This document shows, piece by piece, positions 1 through 8,343 of a DNA stretch of 32,000 nt (position 1 is its first letter; every line of letters starts with the position of its first letter). Under the pieces are notes generated by a model that was not told the origin of the DNA, made no database searches, and saw only the letters and a program-made list of their open reading frames with translations. Location of the stretch: the NCBI RefSeq assembly GCF_054356925.1, contig NZ_CM135959.1; one strand, 5' to 3'. Position numbers and translations under genes: made by a program.

Positions 1-845
1 ACGGCTGACGGCGCATAACCAAATTTATGTTTAAAGGCTTTGCTGAAATGAAAGGAGTCGAAGAAGTTGAGCGTATCAGCGACTTCGCCAACCGAGTTCC
101 CTTGTTGCTTTAATAGCGATAGCGCCAGATCCAGACGTGCATCGAGGTAATATTCTTTCGGCGTCTTGCCGGTATAGCGTAAAAACAGACGACGCAACCA
201 GGCTTCGCTACAGGGGATCGTGGCAGCCATATCAGCTACGCTCCAGCGTTGTTGCAGACTGGCATGTAAAGTGGCAATTAGTTTTTCAATTTGCCGCCGT
301 TGTGGATCTTTTTTACCGTCTGCGTACATAAGACAAATCCACTGATAAATAATTTTCGTCAGAAAAGCGACTGCCAGATTATTTTTTATTTCTTCTGGTG
401 AAGTAATTAACTCAGCAACTTCGGTGAGTTCCTGATTATAAATTTCGCCATTATAAATAACGCTTTGCTGACCGACGGGAATATCCATCATACTGGTGGG
501 GGTAAATTCCATCCAGTACTGTTCCCAGACTAAACCTTCACAGTGATAAGAGTGAATATCCATTGGCTTTAAAAATATAATACAGTTGCCATGCAGAGTT
601 ATTTGTTCGCCATTCTTTAAAAGAATTTTCCCACATCCTTGTACGGTATACACCGCAACCCATGAGTTGGCGATAAGCGGTTTCTTCTTGTCCCGCGGCC
701 AGATCACCCGGTAATGCTCGTCGGCGTAGGTATGCCAGAGCGAGATCAGAGAAATTCCGCTGGAGATCACATTTTCGTTAATCAATAAGGGAATATTGTA
801 CGGAGTTTCGTTTTTTACATCCGAACTTTGCAATTTTCCATTCAT
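1..845 (-). CDS. yidL: AraC-family transcriptional regulator YidL, partial (C-terminus lies beyond window start)
   Basis: Minus-strand frame from ATG at 845 (MNGKLQSSDVKNETPYNIPLLINENV...) running off the left edge with FNFFDSFHFSKAFKHKFGYAPSAV, a typical AraC HTH end; divergent from yidK; SD-like ggaggg upstream. Absent from the ORF track because no stop is inside the window. Confidence 0.9.
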   Translation of the reverse strand, partial: MNGKLQSSDVKNETPYNIPLLINENVISSGISLISLWHTYADEHYRVIWPRDKKKPLIANSWVAVYTVQGCGKILLKNGEQITLHGNCIIFLKPMDIHSYHCEGLVWEQYWMEFTPTSMMDIPVGQQSVIYNGEIYNQELTEVAELITSPEEIKNNLAVAFLTKIIYQWICLMYADGKKDPQRRQIEKLIATLHASLQQRWSVADMAATIPCSEAWLRRLFLRYTGKTPKEYYLDARLDLALSLLKQQGNSVGEVADTLNFFDSFHFSKAFKHKFGYAPSA

Positions 846-1011
846 TTTAATATCCCTCCGGCGAATTATGCTCACAACCTGAACTTAACAGAAAACAATC
901 CGTTCAGGGATACGACGTTTGTATTTTAAGAATCTGACTGCCTGACCCGACGCATTTTACCTCTCCCTATATTCATGCGTCCGGGACATAAACATAAATA
1001 AGGGCTATGAG

Positions 1012-2727
1012 ATGAATTCGTTACAAATCTTGAGTTTTGTCGGTTTTACGCTGCTGGTGGCGGTCATCACCTGGTGGAAGGTCCGCAAAACAGATACCGG
1101 ATCGCAACAAGGCTATTTTCTTGCCGGACGTTCACTAAAAGCGCCGGTTATTGCCGCTTCGTTAATGCTAACCAACCTTTCCACGGAACAACTGGTTGGA
1201 CTTTCCGGGCAGGCCTACAAAAGCGGCATGTCGGTGATGGGCTGGGAAGTCACTTCTGCGGTGACGCTGATCTTCCTCGCGCTAATCTTTTTACCGCGCT
1301 ATCTGAAGCGTGGCATTGCCACCATCCCCGATTTCCTGGAGGAACGTTATGATAAAACGACGCGTATTATCATCGACTTCTGCTTCCTCATTGCCACCGG
1401 TGTCTGCTTTCTGCCGATTGTTCTCTACTCCGGCGCGTTGGCGCTCAACAGCCTGTTTCACGTCGGGGAATCGTTACAAATTTCCCACGGCGCAGCGATC
1501 TGGCTACTGGTTATTTTGCTTGGTATGGCGGGAATTTTGTATGCGGTGATCGGCGGACTGCGCGCAATGGCAGTGGCAGACTCCATTAACGGTATTGGGC
1601 TGGTTATTGGCGGGTTGATGGTGCCGATATTTGGCCTGATCGCGATGGGCAAGGGCAGCTTTATGCAGGGCATTGAGCAACTCACCACCGTTCACGCCGA
1701 GAAATTAAACTCAGTCGGCGGCCCGACCGATCCCTTGCCGATTGGCGCGGCATTTACCGGTTTGATTCTGGTGAACACCTTTTACTGGTGTACAAATCAG
1801 GGCATCGTGCAACGCACACTGGCGTCAAAAAGCCTGGCGGAAGGGCAAAAGGGGGCGCTGTTAACGGCGGTGCTGAAAATGCTCGACCCGCTGGTACTGG
1901 TGCTGCCAGGGTTGATTGCGTTTCATCTGTATCAGGATTTACCTAAAGCCGACATGGCCTACCCGACGCTGGTCAATAACGTTCTGCCAGTGCCACTGGT
2001 GGGTTTCTTCGGCGCGGTGTTATTTGGTGCGGTGATCAGTACCTTCAACGGCTTTCTGAATAGCGCCAGTACGTTATTCAGTATGGGTATTTACCGGCGC
2101 ATCATTAACCAGAATGCCGAGCCGCAGCAGCTGGTCACCGTCGGGCGCAAATTTGGTTTCTTTATCGCTATCGTTTCGGTGCTGGTCGCGCCGTGGATCG
2201 CCAACGCGCCGCAGGGGCTATATAGCTGGATGAAACAGCTCAACGGTATTTACAACGTGCCGCTGGTTACCATCATCATTATGGGCTTTTTCTTCCCGCG
2301 CATTCCGGCGCTGGCGGCAAAAATGGCGATGGGGATTGGCATAATCAGCTACATCACCATCAACTATCTGGTGAAGTTCGACTTCCATTTCCTCTATGTG
2401 CTGGCCTGTACGTTCTGCATCAACGTGGTCGTGATGCTGGTGATCGGTTTTATCAAACCGCGCGCCACGCCGTTCACCTTCAACGATGCGTTTGCGGTGG
2501 ACATGAAACCGTGGAAAAACGTCAAGATCGCGTCAATTGGCATCCTGTTCGCGATGATTGGCGTCTATGCCGGGCTGGCTGAATTCGGCGGCTACGGTAC
2601 GCGCTGGTTAGCGATGATCAGTTATTTCATCGCTGCCGTAGTGATTGTCTACCTGATTTTTGATAGCTGGCGGCATCGTCACGACCCAGCCGTAACCTTT
2701 ACTCCCGACGCGAAGGATAGCCTATGA
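1012..2727 (+). CDS. yidK: Sodium:solute symporter family transporter YidK
   Basis: 571-aa ORF, SSS-family features, strong recalled match to YidK; ATG overlaps the next gene's start context. Confidence 0.93.
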   Translation: MNSLQILSFVGFTLLVAVITWWKVRKTDTGSQQGYFLAGRSLKAPVIAASLMLTNLSTEQLVGLSGQAYKSGMSVMGWEVTSAVTLIFLALIFLPRYLKRGIATIPDFLEERYDKTTRIIIDFCFLIATGVCFLPIVLYSGALALNSLFHVGESLQISHGAAIWLLVILLGMAGILYAVIGGLRAMAVADSINGIGLVIGGLMVPIFGLIAMGKGSFMQGIEQLTTVHAEKLNSVGGPTDPLPIGAAFTGLILVNTFYWCTNQGIVQRTLASKSLAEGQKGALLTAVLKMLDPLVLVLPGLIAFHLYQDLPKADMAYPTLVNNVLPVPLVGFFGAVLFGAVISTFNGFLNSASTLFSMGIYRRIINQNAEPQQLVTVGRKFGFFIAIVSVLVAPWIANAPQGLYSWMKQLNGIYNVPLVTIIIMGFFFPRIPALAAKMAMGIGIISYITINYLVKFDFHFLYVLACTFCINVVVMLVIGFIKPRATPFTFNDAFAVDMKPWKNVKIASIGILFAMIGVYAGLAEFGGYGTRWLAMISYFIAAVVIVYLIFDSWRHRHDPAVTFTPDAKDSL

Positions 2728-4217
2728 AACGCCCCAATTTTCTGTTCATCATGACCGATACCCAGGCCACCAATATGGTCGGTTGCTATAGCGGTAAGCC
2801 GCTGAATACGCAAAATATTGATAGTCTGGCGGCGGAAAGTATTCGCTTTAATTCCGCCTATACCTGTTCACCGGTTTGTACACCAGCGCGCGCCGGGCTG
2901 TTTACCGGTATCTACGCTAACCAGTCCGGCCCGTGGACCAACAACGTCGCGCCAGGTAAAAACATTTCCACCATGGGGCGCTACTTTAAGGATGCGGGCT
3001 ATCACACCTGTTACATTGGCAAATGGCATCTCGACGGTCATGACTATTTCGGCACTGGCGAGTGTCCGCCGGAGTGGGACGCTGATTACTGGTTCGATGG
3101 GGCGAACTACCTTAGCGAACTGACGGAAAAAGAGATCAGCCTGTGGCGCAATGGCCTAAACAGCGTTGAGGATTTACAGGCGAACCATATCGACGAAACC
3201 TTCACCTGGGCGCACCGCATCAGCAATCGGGCGGTAGATTTTCTGCAACAGCCCGCGCGCGCCGAGGAACCCTTCCTGATGGTGGTTTCGTATGATGAGC
3301 CGCATCACCCGTTCACCTGTCCGGTGGAGTATTTAGAGAAATACGCTGATTTTTACTACGAGCTGGGCGAGAAAGCACAGGATGACCTGGCTAACAAACC
3401 GGAACATCACCGCTTATGGGCGCAGGCGATGCCATCGCCAGTCGGTGATGACGGGCTTTATCACCATCCGCTCTATTTTGCCTGTAATGACTTTGTTGAT
3501 GACCAAATCGGACGGGTCATCAATGCCTTAACGCCAGAGCAACGTGAAAATACGTGGGTTATTTATACCTCCGATCACGGCGAAATGATGGGCGCACATA
3601 AGCTGATCAGTAAAGGGGCGGCGATGTATGACGACATCACCCGCATTCCGCTGATCATCCGTTCGCCGCAAGGGGAGCGGCGACAGGTCGATACGCCAGT
3701 CAGTCATATCGATTTACTGCCGACAATGATGGCGCTGGCAGATATTGAAAAACCAGAGATTCTGCCGGGGGAAAATATCCTTGCCGTGACAGAGCCACGC
3801 GGCGTAATGGTGGAATTTAACCGCTACGAGATTGAGCATGACAGCTTTGGCGGTTTTATTCCGGTGCGTTGCTGGGTGACGGATGACTTTAAACTGGTAC
3901 TCAACCTCTTCACCAGTGATGAACTTTACGATCGCCGTAATGACCCAAATGAAATGCATAACCTGATCGATGATATCCGTTTTGCCGACGTTCGCAGCAA
4001 AATGCATGACGCCTTATTGGATTACATGGACAAAATTCGCGATCCGTTCCGCAGTTATCAATGGAGCCTGCGTCCGTGGCGTAAAGATGCACAGCCGCGC
4101 TGGATGGGGGCATTTCGTCCACGCCCACAAGATGGCTATTCGCCAGTAGTACGCGACTATGACACCGGCCTACCGACACAAGGGGTGAAGGTGGAAGAGA
4201 AAAAACAGAAGTTCTGA
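2724..4217 (+). CDS. yidJ: Putative sulfatase YidJ (Cys-type, CTPAR motif)
   Basis: 497-aa ORF with sulfatase signature CSPVCTPARAG and TSDHGEMMGAH; 4-nt overlap with yidK. Confidence 0.93.
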   Translation: MKRPNFLFIMTDTQATNMVGCYSGKPLNTQNIDSLAAESIRFNSAYTCSPVCTPARAGLFTGIYANQSGPWTNNVAPGKNISTMGRYFKDAGYHTCYIGKWHLDGHDYFGTGECPPEWDADYWFDGANYLSELTEKEISLWRNGLNSVEDLQANHIDETFTWAHRISNRAVDFLQQPARAEEPFLMVVSYDEPHHPFTCPVEYLEKYADFYYELGEKAQDDLANKPEHHRLWAQAMPSPVGDDGLYHHPLYFACNDFVDDQIGRVINALTPEQRENTWVIYTSDHGEMMGAHKLISKGAAMYDDITRIPLIIRSPQGERRQVDTPVSHIDLLPTMMALADIEKPEILPGENILAVTEPRGVMVEFNRYEIEHDSFGGFIPVRCWVTDDFKLVLNLFTSDELYDRRNDPNEMHNLIDDIRFADVRSKMHDALLDYMDKIRDPFRSYQWSLRPWRKDAQPRWMGAFRPRPQDGYSPVVRDYDTGLPTQGVKVEEKKQKF

Positions 4218-4219
4218 CG

Positions 4220-4254
4220 ATAATGCCCGCTGATGATCACCCGGCGGGCATTAT
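4220..4254. terminator. Bidirectional intrinsic terminator between convergent yidJ and yidI
   Basis: Perfect inverted repeat ataatgcccgc ... gcgggcattat (11-bp arms, 13-nt loop). Confidence 0.75.
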
Positions 4255-4263
4255 TCAGGCTGC

Positions 4264-4713
4264 TTAAACCAGCGAACCGCCGGTCAGGAAGGAAAAGATA
4301 AGGAATATCAGCAAAATGCTGCACACGATGCCGATACCAAAAAGCAAGGTATGGAAAGCCAGCGTCCCGCCGCCAAAAACCAGCGCGCCGCGAATGCCCC
4401 AGCGATTTTCCTTACGCATACCGCCAACAAATGCGCAAAGTAGCGCAGCAATGGCCAGTGCGATACCGCTTTGATCGAGGATTTTATCGACATCCACGTC
4501 CTCTTTTTTCTCCACGGTGGTAATTTTTTCGCCTTTTATTCCGGCGAGAAGACCTCTTTTAATTTCAGCCGTTTTATCCGCCACGATGCTTTCAAGCGTT
4601 GGCGGTGGTGCGGAAAAAGGGCCGAATGAAAAGTGGATAATCCCCATCATTAAAGCGATGGCACCGAACAGCATGCCCAATGAACTGATTTTAGTTTGCG
4701 CTATGATACCCAT
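4264..4713 (-). CDS. yidI: Inner membrane protein YidI
   Basis: Internal ATG at 4713 (MGIIAQTKISSLGMLFG...) preceded by SD ggaggt; 149 aa. The track's 185-aa version starts too far upstream. Confidence 0.88.
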   Translation of the reverse strand: MGIIAQTKISSLGMLFGAIALMMGIIHFSFGPFSAPPPTLESIVADKTAEIKRGLLAGIKGEKITTVEKKEDVDVDKILDQSGIALAIAALLCAFVGGMRKENRWGIRGALVFGGGTLAFHTLLFGIGIVCSILLIFLIFSFLTGGSLV

Positions 4714-4820
4714 CTGACCTCCTTGTAGCGGATGGCAAAAGCATATCAGGAAACGGGCGGACGAAATTCTTAAAAAAACCGCTAAAGATAGAGCGTTAGT
4801 GAAATTGCAAAGGAGCAACA

Positions 4821-5168
4821 ATGAAAATTTCCCGCCTCGGAGAAGCGCCCGATTACCGCTTCTCGCTGGCTAATGAGCGTACTTTTCTGGCGTGGATCCG
4901 TACCGCACTAGGATTTCTGGCGGCGGGGGTTGGGCTTGACCAACTTGCGCCAGATTTCGCCACGCCCGTCATTCGCGAACTGCTGGCGTTGTTGTTGTGT
5001 CTGTTTTCCGGCGGGTTAGCGATGTATGGCTACTTGCGCTGGTTACGCAATGAAAAAGCGATGCGTCTGAAAGAGGACCTGCCCTATACCAACAGCTTAT
5101 TAATCATCAGCTTAATATTGATGATCGTGGCGGTGATCGTCATGGGACTGGTGTTGTATGCCGGATAG
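4821..5168 (+). CDS. yidH: Inner membrane protein YidH (DUF202 family)
   Basis: 115-aa membrane protein, LANERTFLAWIRTALGFLAAGVG signature. Confidence 0.92.
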   Translation: MKISRLGEAPDYRFSLANERTFLAWIRTALGFLAAGVGLDQLAPDFATPVIRELLALLLCLFSGGLAMYGYLRWLRNEKAMRLKEDLPYTNSLLIISLILMIVAVIVMGLVLYAG

Positions 5169-5520
5169 CCGCAAAGCCAGACGCATTGCCGACCCAGGGC
5201 TGCAGCCGGAGCGCACATCACTGGCGTGGTTTCGTACCATGCTGGGCTACGGCGCGTTGATGGCGTTGGCTATCAAACACAACTGGCACCAGGCGGGCAT
5301 GTTATTCTGGATTTCGATTGGCATCCTCGCCATCGTGGCGCTGATCCTCTGGCACTACACTCGTAATCGCAATTTAATGGATGTCACGAATAGCGATTTT
5401 TCCCAATTTCACGTAGTCCGTGACAAATTTTTGATCTCCCTCGCGGTGTTATCTCTCGCAATACTGTTTGCTGTAACGCATATACATCAACTTATCGTAT
5501 TTATTGAGAGAGTCGCATGA
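5158..5520 (+). CDS. yidG: Inner membrane protein YidG (DUF202 family)
   Basis: 120-aa ORF, PERTSLAWFRTMLGYGAL signature; overlaps yidH by 11 nt. Confidence 0.92.
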   Translation: MPDSRKARRIADPGLQPERTSLAWFRTMLGYGALMALAIKHNWHQAGMLFWISIGILAIVALILWHYTRNRNLMDVTNSDFSQFHVVRDKFLISLAVLSLAILFAVTHIHQLIVFIERVA

Positions 5521-6014
5521 CAGGAAGTCAGGTCATTGATGCTGAAGAGGACAGGCATAAACTGGTTGTAGAGTATAAGGATGCTCTGCAACCTGCCGAT
5601 TTTTATCACAATTTCAAACAGCGGGGCATCCGCTCCGTACAGCTCATTCCCCATCTTGAATTTGATGACCGGGGCGATCTGACGGCCGCTTCGGTGACAG
5701 CAGAGCTGTGGGGGAAATTTTTAATTGCCCTGTTTGAGTGTTGGGTGCGGGCAGATATCAGTCGTATCTCGATTGAGCTTTTTGACGCCACATTACAAAA
5801 ATGGTGTGGCAGCGAAAACCCGCAACCGCGCCGTGGCTGCCAGGCGTGCGACTGGCATCTGCTGTGTCCGCACGCTCGGGAGGAGACGCCAGACAGCGTG
5901 CTTTGTGCGGGCTATCAGGCGTTTTATTCTTACTCTGCGCCGCATATGCGGGTGATGCGTGATCTGATAAAGCAGCATCGTTCTCCCATGGAGCTGATGA
6001 CGATGCTGCGGTGA
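5517..6014 (+). CDS. yidF: YidF, Cys-rich protein proposed to be associated with YidJ sulfatase maturation
   Basis: 165-aa ORF with CGSENPQPRRGCQACDWHLLCPHA Cys-rich segment; ATGA overlap with yidG; recalled match to YidF. Confidence 0.85.
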   Translation: MTGSQVIDAEEDRHKLVVEYKDALQPADFYHNFKQRGIRSVQLIPHLEFDDRGDLTAASVTAELWGKFLIALFECWVRADISRISIELFDATLQKWCGSENPQPRRGCQACDWHLLCPHAREETPDSVLCAGYQAFYSYSAPHMRVMRDLIKQHRSPMELMTMLR

Positions 6015-6021
6015 CGTGCGC

Positions 6022-7206
6022 TTAAACGGGCTGCCCCTGATGCGACATCCGCGTCGCCAGCGGTAGCCAGCACAGCACGATCAACAATCCCATTAAGGTC
6101 ATCAACAACCCCAGGCTGCCCTGACCGGTTTGCGGCAACATCGCAGAGAGCGACGCAAGCACGCCGGAACCAATGTTTTGCAGACCGCCGACCAGCGCGC
6201 CCGCGGTGCCCGCCAGGAAGGGGAACGGTTCCATCGCGCCGCTGGTCGCCAGCGGAAACAGCATCCCGGCACCGAAAAAGAACAGCGCGGCGGGAACGAG
6301 CAGCGTCCAGACATTCATCACGCCAAACCAGTCGGGGATCCACATCAGTAAGCCAGCCAGCAGGCAGCAGATAACCGACTGCCACATCAACGTTGAGAAG
6401 CGTTTATTAGGACGTCCGGCAAACCATGCCCCAAAAAATGCCGCCGGAATCGGCAGAATAAACAAAATACTGACCGTCATACTGCTCAGCCCTAATACCG
6501 CGCCCATCAGCACGCCGGAGCAGGCTTCAAAGGCGGCAATCCCGGCCAGACCGCCAATCAGCATCAGCAAATAACAGTTAAAACCGCTGTTACCGAAAAG
6601 CGTTTTATAACTGGTAAGCAGGCGCGTGCGCGGTGCGTCGACCGGACGTGTTTCCGGCATCCAGCGGGCCATACTGAAGGTCACACCGGCGCAAAGTACC
6701 AACAAAAAGAGATAACAGGCGCGCCAGTTCCACATCGTATCCAGCAGACCACCGATTAGCGGTGCGAGCAACGGACTGACAAGAATCCCCATGTTTAACA
6801 AGCTGTTAGCGTGGCGCAACTGTGTCCGTTCATATAAATCACGCGGCAAAGTACGCGCCATTACACCGCCAACGCCGGTGCCCATGCCCTGCATCGCGCT
6901 GGCGGCAATCAATACCGTCAAACTGGAGGTCGTGACCGCGACCAGCGTTGCCAGCATAAAAATGGACATTCCGACGAGGATCACCGGTCGGCGACCGACA
7001 CGGTCGGAAATTGGGCCATAAAACAGCTGTGAGACACCGTAAGTCAGCAGATAAGCGCCCATTACGCTCTGCACCGCCCCTTCACGGACGTTGAGATCGC
7101 GCGCCATATCGGCAATAGCTGGAATATAAATGGTTTGCGCCATCTGACCGACGGCCACGAGTAATACCAACATCAATAACAAATTGACGTTTCTATGCCT
7201 TTTCAT
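6022..7206 (-). CDS. emrD: MFS multidrug efflux transporter EmrD
   Basis: 394-aa MFS protein starting MKRHRNVNLLLMLVLLVAVGQMAQTIYIPAIADMARDL; the track ORF begins two codons earlier. Confidence 0.95.
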   Translation of the reverse strand: MKRHRNVNLLLMLVLLVAVGQMAQTIYIPAIADMARDLNVREGAVQSVMGAYLLTYGVSQLFYGPISDRVGRRPVILVGMSIFMLATLVAVTTSSLTVLIAASAMQGMGTGVGGVMARTLPRDLYERTQLRHANSLLNMGILVSPLLAPLIGGLLDTMWNWRACYLFLLVLCAGVTFSMARWMPETRPVDAPRTRLLTSYKTLFGNSGFNCYLLMLIGGLAGIAAFEACSGVLMGAVLGLSSMTVSILFILPIPAAFFGAWFAGRPNKRFSTLMWQSVICCLLAGLLMWIPDWFGVMNVWTLLVPAALFFFGAGMLFPLATSGAMEPFPFLAGTAGALVGGLQNIGSGVLASLSAMLPQTGQGSLGLLMTLMGLLIVLCWLPLATRMSHQGQPV

Positions 7207-7438
7207 TATCACGGATGCTTTTATAAAAATAATTAGAATAAGTCACTACGCATTCCCATAAATGCGGGAGAGGAATCTATCACATTGATAAATGTTAGCC
7301 AGATATACGCCAGGAATGGGGAATTGTTTAGCGGCAGAATATGTAAACAAAAGCGGCAATAAATGTTGCCGGGAGGGATGGTAGGGCGGATAAGATGCAT
7401 CAGCATCGCATCCGACACCAACCCGCACGCTAAATATG

Positions 7439-7466
7439 AAAGGGGAGCGGTTACCCGCTCCCCTTT
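7439..7466 (-). terminator. Intrinsic terminator downstream of tisB
   Basis: 12-bp perfect stem aaaggggagcgg/ccgctccccttt with 4-nt loop, U-rich on the minus strand. Confidence 0.75.
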
Positions 7467-7485
7467 GGTGCGACTTGAATCTGAA

Positions 7486-7575
7486 TTACTTCAGGTATTT
7501 CAGAACAGCATCAAGCAGTTGCAGTGCTGCAACAATGAGTTTGAGGATAAGAATGGCGATATCCACCAGGCTCAT
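7486..7575 (-). CDS. tisB: SOS-induced small membrane toxin TisB (29 aa)
   Basis: Minus-strand translation MSLVDIAILILKLIVAALQLLDAVLKYLK*, essentially TisB; too short for the ORF track. Confidence 0.95.
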   Translation of the reverse strand: MSLVDIAILILKLIVAALQLLDAVLKYLK

Positions 7576-7677
7576 ACGCGTCTCCTGTGGTTCAGGAGCA
7601 CTGCCAGCTGACGTACCTTTCCGCTGCCTGTTGCCAGCTGTTGTGCACGCGGTATCTCAAGGAGAAACGTTGTGCTC

Positions 7678-7698
7678 GTTGACATAACACAGTGTGCT
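7678..7698 (-). promoter_or_regulatory. IstR target site in the tisAB 5' region
   Basis: gttgacataacacagtgtgct on the plus strand repeats the istR 5' segment at 7936-7956 with one difference, so the minus-strand transcript is complementary to IstR. Confidence 0.8.
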
Positions 7699-7811
7699 CA
7701 CGCGGGGTTAAGGCGCTGACGGCACCACCCGTTTCAGCCAGGACTTAGTGCGCCGGGTAACGATGCGGCCCCCGCATAACACATTGCGTACAGTGATATT
7801 ATAGAAGTTTA

Positions 7812-7827
7812 CTGTATAAATAAACAG
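7812..7827. promoter_or_regulatory. LexA box of the tisAB/istR intergenic region
   Basis: CTGTATAAATAAACAG fits CTG-N10-CAG and lies between tisB and istR. Confidence 0.85.
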
Positions 7828-7935
7828 TAATGTTTGGACAAAACGCAAACTGTGATCGATACTCAACTATGCACTAATTACGTCAAAATTCGTGCCGAAA
7901 TTGCGCGTTCTGCGCGGAACACGTATACTTTCTGT

Positions 7936-8010
7936 GTTGACATAATACAGTGTGCTTTGCGGTTACCAGCCGCGGGCGGCTGACGAAACCTCGCTCCGGC
8001 GGGGTTTTTT
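7936..8010 (+). ncRNA. istR: IstR-1 antisense sRNA (antitoxin RNA to TisB)
   Basis: gttgacataatacagtgtgctttgcggttaccagccgc...aacctcgctccggcggggtttttt; 75 nt, ends at a rho-independent terminator; correct synteny. Confidence 0.88.
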
Positions 8011-8139
8011 GTTACCTGCAGTACAGTACAAAACGTGATCAACCCCTCAATTTTCCCTTGCTGAAAAATTTTCCATTGTCTCCCCTGTAAAGCTGTGCTT
8101 GTATAAATATTGTTAAACACAAAACCAACAAGGTCCCCA

Positions 8140-8238
8140 ATGACTACTTCCATGCTCAACGCAAAACTACTACCAACTGCGCCATCCGCCGCAGTGGTCG
8201 TCGTGCGTGTGGTGGTGGTCGTCGGCAATGCGCCGTAG
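8140..8238 (+). CDS. ivbL: ilvBN operon leader peptide IvbL (32 aa)
   Basis: MTTSMLNAKLLPTAPSAAVVVVRVVVVVGNAP*, Val/Leu-rich leader immediately upstream of ilvB. Confidence 0.97.
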   Translation: MTTSMLNAKLLPTAPSAAVVVVRVVVVVGNAP

Positions 8239-8261
8239 GGACTGGAACAACACACGATTCC

Positions 8262-8295
8262 AAAACCCCGCCGGCGCAAACCGGGCGGGGTTTTT
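8262..8295 (+). terminator. ilvBN attenuator terminator
   Basis: aaaaccccgccgg ... ccgggcggggttttt GC stem plus T-run just after the ivbL stop and before ilvB. Confidence 0.85.
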
Positions 8296-8343
8296 CGTTT
8301 AAGCACCTCCCGGAAAGTCGGCCCAGAAGAAAAGGACTGGAGC

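Noticed and set aside
137-331. 64-aa plus-strand ORF at the window start
   Set aside because: Antisense to the yidL reading frame, which continues through it.
5930-6574. ORFs overlapping emrD in other frames (151, 73, 133 and 70 aa)
   Set aside because: Shadow frames of emrD with no plausible domain content.
7233-7687. Small ORFs between emrD and istR (62, 60, 82 and 83 aa)
   Set aside because: They cross the REP-like segment, the tisB terminator and tisB itself in other frames; the 29-aa TisB frame explains the coding signal.
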